Shown in pieces: positions 19,470-27,226 of a DNA stretch of 49,662 nucleotides. The DNA is from Methanobacteriota archaeon (lineage in GTDB: Archaea > Thermoplasmatota > Poseidoniia > Poseidoniales > Poseidoniaceae). The notes below the pieces were generated by a model, which was given only the letters and a program-made list of their open reading frames with translations, ran no database searches and was not told the DNA's origin. The stretch spans positions 1 to 49,662 of the forward strand of contig PBTH01000046.1 in assembly GCA_002726495.1 (NCBI GenBank), read 5' to 3'. Position numbers and translations under genes: made by a program. The number at the start of each line of letters is the position of its first letter. The first letter of the stretch is position 1.

Positions 19470-22073
19470 TTAAGATTGGGCAGAGGTGCGAATCATTTCA
19501 ACCACATATTCCACAGAAGGAATGGTATGGTTTTCCAACGGCGGTGAAAACGGAACCGGTGTGTCAAGGGCACCGATGACGCAAGGTGCAGACTCAAGTT
19601 CATAGAAGCACTCTTCCATTATCCGAGATTGAATCGTATGACCTAAACCACCCGACCATTGCCCCTCTTGAAGAATAACCAATCGGTTTGTTCGTTGTAC
19701 TGATTCAATACAGGTGGCGTGGTCAAAGGGAAGAAGTGTTCGTAAGTCAACGATTTCAACTTCGATTTCCTCTTTTGAAAGGACCTCTGCGGCCTGTAGA
19801 GCAATATGGACCATGGCGCCCCAAGTGATGAGCGTCACATCACGGCCACCCCTTACCACATGAGCTTGCCCAATGGTCAAATCATCCCCAGATTCAATAC
19901 GCTGCTTAACCGATTCAGTATCCACATTCTGATTAATATTCATGCCCCATCCAGTCATTCCACCGCGCAATCCATACAATCCGATATGTTCCAGCATCAA
20001 TACAGGATCTGGAAGATGAGAAGCCTCAACCAGTAGATCGTATGCATCTTGAGGCGTACCGGGAGCGAGTACAATGAGGCCTGGATCATTTGCAAACCAA
20101 GACTCGATCATATTGGCATGGAATGGACCTGAACGGGTTCGTGCTCCAAGTGGAATGCGAACGGTCATGGGGCAATCTACCCCCCATCTCCAACGCAGCA
20201 TTGATGCATTGTTGATGAGAGCATTGAAGCCCAATGCTGCGAATCCTCCGAATTGGATTTCCACCATCGGCCTCATTCCCGAAAGTGCTGCACCTACTCC
20301 TGTATGGACAATGACTGCTTCGCAAAGTGGCATATCGACCAACTTGTCTTCATGCCCTGCATTTTTCAAAGCCATGTTCATTCCAAATGCTCCAGCAACT
20401 TCCATGTCTTCTCCAATAAATACGCAATCTTCTCCGAAGGTTGTTGCAATATCTGCCATGGCTTGTTGAATAGCACGAGCATAGGTCCAGCCACCTTTTT
20501 CAGCATAAATCAACTGAGTTTCGCCAATTTCAAGTGGTGATTTTACTGGTACTTGTCGACTCTTGCCAGCAAAGCGGTCAAGGTGATCCTGGTGTGAATC
20601 TGCATCGTGGATGGACGTAACGCCTTTTGTGACGGTCTCCGGTTGAGGCCATTCCATTTCATCGAGAAGGTTTCGTGCTTCGTCAACCGCATCTTGTTCC
20701 TCCGATTCCATGGCTTCAAGTTCCTCTTCTCCAATCCCCAAATCAAGGAGAAGATTGCGATGGTTTGGAATTGGATCTTTTGCTTCCCAATATGAAAGCA
20801 ATTCACGGTCAACATAGCCAGGAGGTGTACCGCTTGGATTGCCGAGATAGAGATCGTCGTGGTGATGGGCATGACCGCATCCTCGCATGGTTTCAACATG
20901 AATGAGCGTCGGCCCACCGCCCGCAAGAGAGAATTCACGAGCAACCGCCGTTGAAGCGTGCCATGCAGCAGGGTCAGAGCCATCGATGGTCCATGAAGGG
21001 AAGCCCATTGCCTGTGCCTTGTCCGCCCACAATTCAACACCAGATTGTTTGGCAGGCGGAGTATCCAGTGCGATCTGATTGTTTTGAAGGATGTAAGTGA
21101 TCGGTAATCCGCGTGCACCTGCAAGATTCATGGCCTCCCAAAATTCACCGCTGGATGAAGAACCCTCTCCAATGCATGCGACATGAAACCGCTCAAGGCC
21201 TTGGCGCCAGGCTGCAAAAGCCATTCCAGTCATGGTGACGCTGGCGATTGGAAGCGGTGCTGTGGGGGGAAGCACTCCTACGTGCCATGCTCCAACATGC
21301 AAGTCTCGTCCACCGGCACCCTCCCAGCCTCCATTTTGGTTGGAGTCTGCTTTGCCAAGGTTTGCTGCCATCACGTCGAGTGGAGTGTCACCCATAGCAA
21401 GACCGAGCCCAATATCACGAATCATTGGAGCGACCAAATCTCCGTCGTATCCATCTCCTGGGCGGGCAGAGCGCGGAGCATCCGTTTGCCGATTGAGTGC
21501 TGTGGCTACGGCAACAACGCCTTCCTGCCATGTAGAACGGAACCCTTTGCCGCCAAAGCTTCCACCATCAGGGGTCTCAACTCCTTCGTTATACAATTCC
21601 TTGAGTGAAGTGTCAAGATAACGGGTCCGGGTCATGTATCGCTGCCATTCCATTCGATGTTCTACCGTGATAGCCATGTAATGTGCAAGACGACGCAACA
21701 TCAACCGCATGTCGATAAGAAAATATTGGCGACGTCGCTCAAGCATCAGATTCATGCTTCTCCTGGGAATCACTTCTCGCTCAAGTTCGTCATTGAGCGA
21801 AGAGGTGATTTGAGTTTTCATTCCACGTTCCAGTCCTTTCAAAAAACGATCCGAAAAAATGTGCCATGACGGGCCTTCGAACTGTTTTGGTTCGTTGCTT
21901 ACCATATGGTCCCAAACATTGGCAACAAGGAAAAGATGAGCGTCATGTTGCTGGGCAACGAACGATAGGACTTCAGAACGAGCTGCGTCTTGAAGAAGAG
22001 GCTGAACAAAGTTGAGAGCCTCTTCTGGAGTCCAAACCGCTCCGAAAATTTTTGGTAGATCACCTTGAGACAT
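19470..22073 (-). CDS. Fused E1 alpha/beta ThDP-dependent 2-oxoacid dehydrogenase with N-terminal extension
   Basis: ThDP motif IGEGSSSSGEFWEAMN...ILQNNQ; beta-subunit motifs IGEDM, DMPLCEA, EIQFGGF, GPFHA and VDLRTLLPFD. Confidence 0.88.
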   Translation of the reverse strand: MSQGDLPKIFGAVWTPEEALNFVQPLLQDAARSEVLSFVAQQHDAHLFLVANVWDHMVSNEPKQFEGPSWHIFSDRFLKGLERGMKTQITSSLNDELEREVIPRRSMNLMLERRRQYFLIDMRLMLRRLAHYMAITVEHRMEWQRYMTRTRYLDTSLKELYNEGVETPDGGSFGGKGFRSTWQEGVVAVATALNRQTDAPRSARPGDGYDGDLVAPMIRDIGLGLAMGDTPLDVMAANLGKADSNQNGGWEGAGGRDLHVGAWHVGVLPPTAPLPIASVTMTGMAFAAWRQGLERFHVACIGEGSSSSGEFWEAMNLAGARGLPITYILQNNQIALDTPPAKQSGVELWADKAQAMGFPSWTIDGSDPAAWHASTAVAREFSLAGGGPTLIHVETMRGCGHAHHHDDLYLGNPSGTPPGYVDRELLSYWEAKDPIPNHRNLLLDLGIGEEELEAMESEEQDAVDEARNLLDEMEWPQPETVTKGVTSIHDADSHQDHLDRFAGKSRQVPVKSPLEIGETQLIYAEKGGWTYARAIQQAMADIATTFGEDCVFIGEDMEVAGAFGMNMALKNAGHEDKLVDMPLCEAVIVHTGVGAALSGMRPMVEIQFGGFAALGFNALINNASMLRWRWGVDCPMTVRIPLGARTRSGPFHANMIESWFANDPGLIVLAPGTPQDAYDLLVEASHLPDPVLMLEHIGLYGLRGGMTGWGMNINQNVDTESVKQRIESGDDLTIGQAHVVRGGRDVTLITWGAMVHIALQAAEVLSKEEIEVEIVDLRTLLPFDHATCIESVQRTNRLVILQEGQWSGGLGHTIQSRIMEECFYELESAPCVIGALDTPVPFSPPLENHTIPSVEYVVEMIRTSAQS

Positions 22074-22151
22074 AGCGCCACCTCAACCCTGCCAAGGAGT
22101 GTTTCGTTTCAATACTATGTTTGGAAATGTCTCAAGTCAAATCTCAAATGC

Positions 22152-23408
22152 TTAGGATTTCAACCGCCGCTGCATCTCTAAATCATAACATTCATGGAGT
22201 ATTTCTCTGTTTCTTAGTGTGATAAACAGAGCAATCGATGCTGGAATTGCAAGGACACCAAGAGCCAACGCCCATGACTGGAAGATGTCAAACACAGGAC
22301 CGACCAACAAGGGCCCTAGGATAGCTCCTGCTGCCCATGCTGTTCCAAATGCACCGAAAGCCAAACCAGGATTCCCTTCTCCCAATGCTTGATTGGTCGC
22401 TGTATCAATAATGGGTATCATTGGGATTTGTGCTGCTGCGATTGAAAATTGGAACGCTCCTAGAAGGATTATCATTCCAATAATGGCATGAGTGCCCGTA
22501 TAAATCCAACCGACACATCCAACTCCAATAAGTGAAATAACTACCACGGACCATCCAAGGATCATGTATCGTGTTGGACCATTGCGGTCAACGAGTTTGC
22601 CCCAAATCAACGAGCCAAGGCCTTGCATGAGTACCATGACCAACAACACTCCTCCAATCTCTGCTGAACTAAGACCTAAAGTATCGTTCAAAAACAAAGG
22701 CACACCCGCCTCAAGAGCGCCTGTTGCAACGGTTGTTATGGCGAGCAAAATACCAACGCGGAGCAATACGGGGTCTGTGAAAAATACCTTGATTGATGCT
22801 GTCCCAAGTGACGGCTTCTGAGACCTTCCGATGATCCGACTTGCATAAGCCACAACAGGTACGACACAGAGTGTTGTGGCTGCAAGGAATCCGAAGGCTA
22901 ACGCTTCTCCCCATGCAAAGAGAACACCTCCGAATACCGGGCCGAGCAAACCTCCAATTGCAGCAATACCCAGTAATTTCCCCGCCTGCTCTCCGAATTG
23001 AGTTGGCCATAATTGAGATGCAGCAGCGAGCCCTGCTGTCATGATGGTTGCGCCCGATGCCCCATGGAGCAAACGTGCAAAACAAAGTGCAAGGAAGGGA
23101 TGTGGCAACCATTCATTTGTAGCCAAAAGGTAAATTCCGCTTGAAATTGTAAGTAAAATTAGACTTGCAAGGATGGTCGTTCCTGCTCCATAACGGTCAG
23201 TAATTCTACCCGAGAGGGGGCCCATTAGAAACATCGGAACTGCCCATAGTGAAACCAAAAGCGTTGCTTGGGTGGCATTGATATCGAACTGTGCTTGCCA
23301 GGAAGGAAGGATGGGGACGATGAAGGCATATCCTAAAAAGTTCACAAAAAAAGCAGATATCAAAGCCCAAAATGCGATGTTAAGACGTTGTTCTATAGAA
23401 TCTTTCAC
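22152..23408 (-). CDS. MFS transporter (DHA1/VMAT-like)
   Basis: About 12 hydrophobic segments; motif A GRITDRYG and GKLVDRNG; IVPILP near the N-terminus. Confidence 0.88.
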   Translation of the reverse strand: MKDSIEQRLNIAFWALISAFFVNFLGYAFIVPILPSWQAQFDINATQATLLVSLWAVPMFLMGPLSGRITDRYGAGTTILASLILLTISSGIYLLATNEWLPHPFLALCFARLLHGASGATIMTAGLAAASQLWPTQFGEQAGKLLGIAAIGGLLGPVFGGVLFAWGEALAFGFLAATTLCVVPVVAYASRIIGRSQKPSLGTASIKVFFTDPVLLRVGILLAITTVATGALEAGVPLFLNDTLGLSSAEIGGVLLVMVLMQGLGSLIWGKLVDRNGPTRYMILGWSVVVISLIGVGCVGWIYTGTHAIIGMIILLGAFQFSIAAAQIPMIPIIDTATNQALGEGNPGLAFGAFGTAWAAGAILGPLLVGPVFDIFQSWALALGVLAIPASIALFITLRNREILHECYDLEMQRRLKS

Positions 23409-24475
23409 TCTTCTTCCTCCGCCTGGGGTAAAGCTTCCAAAACATCCCCAGTAAGGGAAAGGGCGTCCTCAATTTGAGTCAAGAGTGTTAGGTCCGAGAC
23501 CGCCCCTGGACGGTTGAGGAGTTTCAACAGTTCATGGACAACTTCAGTAGTCAACTGCGTCATAGCGAGCGTTTCTGGATCAATAAATGACTGTGCATCA
23601 GGAGTTAACAGCGAGATATAATCTGGCTCTTCTCCGAGGATTTCATCCATTTTACCCTCCACTTCGTTAGCGAGTTGACGCGCCTGCTTTTCAAGAATAT
23701 CTTCCATGGAACCACCAATTCCATCTGCTGAGGACAGCGTCGGTTTCGCACCATCAGACAGCGTTTTACCCTTGCCAATTGTACGAAATGATGGACCCGC
23801 CGAGGAATCACTTTGAGGTTCCTCTGTATCTAAACCGCCAGAGCCAACAAGACGATTAAGTGAAAGGCGAATCATTGTTGTCAATTCTTCTGAAGAAAGA
23901 GATTGTTTCTCCTCATCCTCTTCATCCCCGCCCATCTCGGATTGGATCTCACGCACAAAATCATCGTCAATATTGCCCGCTTCAACCAATCTGCGCAACA
24001 TCGGCAACGCCCATTGGCTGTCATTCATGGTCATTGATACATCAAAACGTTGACCCCCGATTCCTGCGCCCTGAGTCGAAACAACCTCGGCAGGAGGAGG
24101 CACAAATTGTTTGGAAGCGTGCCGTTGGAGTTGAGCGATGAGATGATTCATATCTACGGGCTTAGCGATGACTTCAGCTACTCCCGCCAAAGCGGCTGAT
24201 GAAAGAAAATCAGGAGATGTGGAACGTGAAAGCACAATAATCCGCGTACTGTTTCTAAATTTAGGTTGCCCATTCATCCGTTGACATGCATCCAATGGAT
24301 TTCCATTGGACCATTCACTTTCAATCAAAAGAACATCTGGAAACGCTGCTAATGCAGTTGCTTCAGTCTGCTTTAGCGTGGAGGTTCTTGTGATGTCAAA
24401 GCCTTGCCGTTCAAACGTATTTGCAAGGAGGTTCCTACGCCCTTCGTTTTCATCCGCGACAATGATTCTTGCGAT
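23405..24475 (-). CDS. Atypical response-regulator (pseudo-receiver) protein with acidic helical C-terminal region
   Basis: The frame is open 49 codons upstream of the tracked TTG (24328), giving IARIIVADENEGRRNLLANTFERQGFDI...PDVLLIE...IIVLS...IAKP, a complete receiver fold. Start proposed at ATC 24475. Confidence 0.7.
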   Translation of the reverse strand: MARIIVADENEGRRNLLANTFERQGFDITRTSTLKQTEATALAAFPDVLLIESEWSNGNPLDACQRMNGQPKFRNSTRIIVLSRSTSPDFLSSAALAGVAEVIAKPVDMNHLIAQLQRHASKQFVPPPAEVVSTQGAGIGGQRFDVSMTMNDSQWALPMLRRLVEAGNIDDDFVREIQSEMGGDEEDEEKQSLSSEELTTMIRLSLNRLVGSGGLDTEEPQSDSSAGPSFRTIGKGKTLSDGAKPTLSSADGIGGSMEDILEKQARQLANEVEGKMDEILGEEPDYISLLTPDAQSFIDPETLAMTQLTTEVVHELLKLLNRPGAVSDLTLLTQIEDALSLTGDVLEALPQAEEEE

Positions 24476-24483
24476 CTGCTCCC

Positions 24484-24535
24484 CCTCCTCAAATTGAGGA
24501 AGTAACGCGTGCCTTTCAATATCTCCCTTTGAAAG
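24484..24535 (-). promoter_or_regulatory. RBS (GGAGG, 24488-24484) partly inside a 6-bp hairpin (24486-24500), plus a CTTTCAA-N9-TTGAAAG inverted repeat (24513-24535)
   Basis: tcctca-aat-tgagga and ctttcaa-tatctccct-ttgaaag read directly from the sequence. Confidence 0.45.
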
Positions 24536-24630
24536 TTAAATCCAGCCCGTATTATTGAGATTGTAACCTATCCTAAAAGGAAAAGCGAAACGACATGTAA
24601 AACATTGCAACATTTGATGAGAAAGGTTGG

Positions 24631-25800
24631 TCAATTGACGATTTCATCGGGTGCAGCAGCCTTCCATGCAATGATGCCTCCATCCAGATTGTAAACTCTT
24701 ACAGCATTGAAACCTGCCTGCAACATACTCATTGCTGCAAGTTGTGAACGCATCCCACTTCTGCAGTATACGAGGATGTCTCTGTTTTCTGGAATCTGTT
24801 CAAGAACAGATAATACTTGATCGTGAGGAACTTGCAAATCGCATGAGGCTGCATGAGCTTCTGCATATTCCGTATCAGAGCGTACATCCAAAACAAAGGG
24901 TTTCCAACCGGTAGAACGTCGTTCCAATGCCTCACTGACTGAGATATGATTGAACATGCTTTGAGCATCGTGGGCTTCCTCTTTTTCAATGTCACCGTGG
25001 TTTGAATCGCTGTCAAGAGAACACCACTCGGATGAATCAAACATGGCGGAAGAGGACTCCAAATCGGTGATTTGCAGGCGCTCAGGGTCAACTCCAAAGG
25101 ATAACGATGTGAATGACATTTTCATCGCATCGTAAATGAGCAAACTGCCTGCAAGAGCGACCTCAAGTTCCAACAGCATTTTGATGGCTTCAGTTGCTTG
25201 AAACAGACCAATAACACCTGGAAGAACACCAAACACGCCTGCTTCTTCACAACTCGGAACTGCGTTTGATGGAGGTGGGTCAGGAAACAAATCCCGATAA
25301 GATGGCCCACCTTTGTAACCGAAAACCGATACTTGACCCTCGAATTGAAAGACTGAACCGTAGACCCAAGGTGTCTTGTTCAACAAGCATACATCGTCAA
25401 GAAGATAGCGCGTCGGGATGTTATCGGTACCATCGATAACCAAATCCCAACCAAGTTCCAATAATTCCGTAGCGTTTCCCGGATTGAAACGGGTATTGAA
25501 TACTGATACTTTTATTCCCGAATCAAGCGCATGGATCCGATCTCTCGCTGAATGAACCTTTGGAGTTCCAACGCTTTTTGTTGTATGCAAAATTTGACGT
25601 TGCAAATTTGATAGGTCAACAATGTCATCATCAACTAAACCAATATGGCCAACTCCAGCGGCGGCGAGATAAAGTGCTGCAGGAGAGCCTAAACCACCTG
25701 CTCCAATGATGAGAACACGGGCTCTGTCTAACTTCATTTGACCTTCTATGCCAACGGTTGGTAGGGAGAGGTGACGCGCATGCCGTTCAACGTCAACCAT
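24631..25800 (-). CDS. moeB: MoeB/ThiF adenylyltransferase fused to rhodanese (MoeZ/Uba4-like)
   Basis: Motifs IGAGGLGS, DLSNLQRQ, DGTDNIPTRY and PSCEEAG; C-terminal rhodanese with LDVR and YCRSGMRS. Confidence 0.88.
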   Translation of the reverse strand: MVDVERHARHLSLPTVGIEGQMKLDRARVLIIGAGGLGSPAALYLAAAGVGHIGLVDDDIVDLSNLQRQILHTTKSVGTPKVHSARDRIHALDSGIKVSVFNTRFNPGNATELLELGWDLVIDGTDNIPTRYLLDDVCLLNKTPWVYGSVFQFEGQVSVFGYKGGPSYRDLFPDPPPSNAVPSCEEAGVFGVLPGVIGLFQATEAIKMLLELEVALAGSLLIYDAMKMSFTSLSFGVDPERLQITDLESSSAMFDSSEWCSLDSDSNHGDIEKEEAHDAQSMFNHISVSEALERRSTGWKPFVLDVRSDTEYAEAHAASCDLQVPHDQVLSVLEQIPENRDILVYCRSGMRSQLAAMSMLQAGFNAVRVYNLDGGIIAWKAAAPDEIVN

Positions 25801-25839
25801 GACCCATCCAAAGGAGCCGCTTTGATGAATCCACCGCCC

Positions 25840-26769
25840 TCAATGGACATTGTCTTCGAGCCACTTTTCAACATCCATAGCGGCAGAGCAACCCATACCT
25901 GCAGCTGTTATTGCTTGCTTGTAACGGGTATCAACCACATCACCTGCTGCGAAGACACCAGGAACCGAAGTCATGGTGTATTCTTTGTTGATGATGTATC
26001 CATTTTCGTCGGTTTCAACTTGGCCGTCAAGGAATCCTGTAATCGGCTTGTGACCGATGGCGATAAAGGCGCCAGTGGCGTGAATCGTTTCTGTTGTTCC
26101 ATCTTGAGTATTTTCTAAAATGGCTCCTGTTAGTCCTTTTTCATCCGAAAGCCATTCTTTGACTTGTCGGAATGTTCGGATCTCAATTTTATCGTGATTT
26201 GCAGCGCGTTCGTACATGATTGTTGATGCTTTGAAAACATCTCTACGGTGAATAAGAGTCACCTTGCTTGCGAAGCGGGTGAGGAACGTTGCCTCCTCAC
26301 AAGCAGAATCGCCCCCTCCGATAACCATGACCTCCTCATCACGGAAAAAGGCTCCATCGCAGGTTGCACATGTGGAAATACCTCGGCCCTTTTGTGCCTC
26401 TTCGCCAGGGGCGTTGAGCCAAATTGATTCGGCGCCTGTACAGACAATAATTGAGTGAGTAAGGAATGTCTCACCTTCAACTTCAACCTTAAATGGGCGT
26501 TGAGATGTGTCAACGGAATCAACATTCCGATCTTGAACTTCCAAGCCAAATCGCTCAGCTTGTTCTCGAAGCTCCATCATCATCTCTGGACCTGCAATCC
26601 CCTTAGGATAACCCGGGAAGTTTTCAATGTCGCTGGTTAGCATAAGTTGGCCACCGGACATGTATCCTGCAAACATGAGAGGATTGAGCATGGCTCTTCC
26701 TGTGTACAATCCTGCGGTATATCCTGCCGGACCCGACCCGATAATGATGACATTGCGTACCTCAGACAT
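25840..26769 (-). CDS. trxB: Thioredoxin reductase
   Basis: Motifs IIGSGPAGYTA, GGQL, CATCDG, IGGGDSACEEA, FAAGDV and QAITAAGMG. Start 26769 has GGAG upstream. Confidence 0.95.
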   Translation of the reverse strand: MSEVRNVIIIGSGPAGYTAGLYTGRAMLNPLMFAGYMSGGQLMLTSDIENFPGYPKGIAGPEMMMELREQAERFGLEVQDRNVDSVDTSQRPFKVEVEGETFLTHSIIVCTGAESIWLNAPGEEAQKGRGISTCATCDGAFFRDEEVMVIGGGDSACEEATFLTRFASKVTLIHRRDVFKASTIMYERAANHDKIEIRTFRQVKEWLSDEKGLTGAILENTQDGTTETIHATGAFIAIGHKPITGFLDGQVETDENGYIINKEYTMTSVPGVFAAGDVVDTRYKQAITAAGMGCSAAMDVEKWLEDNVH

Positions 26770-26891
26770 GTGCTTCTCCAACTAAATTGTGGGGCAAGGG
26801 GGTGTTTGAAGGTTCTCCCCCTCCCTTGTCTTTGGGAACGGGGGATTTATTCGCCTAATGAGTAAAAATTGAAACGAAGGCTCAATGGATT

Positions 26892-27185
26892 TCAATACAA
26901 TAATTCACCTAATTGTGAGGCTTTTAGAACATACTGAGTGGTCGTGTCTTTTGGACAACTCTTGCAAAAAGACTTGCCCTTTTTCTTGTATTTATCACAA
27001 CACTTTGACTTGAATTCGGTCTTTTTGGAACGGCAGGAACCACTGCAACTGCTTCCACGTGTTTGTTCAACGATTTCCATTATACTCAAATTAGAGTTGA
27101 ACATGTTTCCAATTTGCCAACCACAATAAGGACATGCAACCCATCCCAAATTCATTACTTGTCCGCATCCATTGCACAAACTCAT
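26892..27185 (-). CDS. Small Cys-rich protein (zinc ribbon plus Lys/Cys-rich module)
   Basis: CNGC-x10-CPYC and CSGSC...KCCDKYKKKGKSFCKSCP; fits the intergenic gap. Confidence 0.7.
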   Translation of the reverse strand: MSLCNGCGQVMNLGWVACPYCGWQIGNMFNSNLSIMEIVEQTRGSSCSGSCRSKKTEFKSKCCDKYKKKGKSFCKSCPKDTTTQYVLKASQLGELLY

Positions 27186-27226
27186 CGTTCCACCAACGTG
27201 GTGTAGTTTAGGGCAACCTAAAATAT

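Noticed and set aside
24631-25800. Loss of Zn-binding CxxC motifs in MoeB (GPSYRDLF) as a novelty
   Set aside because: The same pattern is known in MoeZ-type rhodanese fusions; the catalytic-loop Cys and rhodanese Cys are intact.
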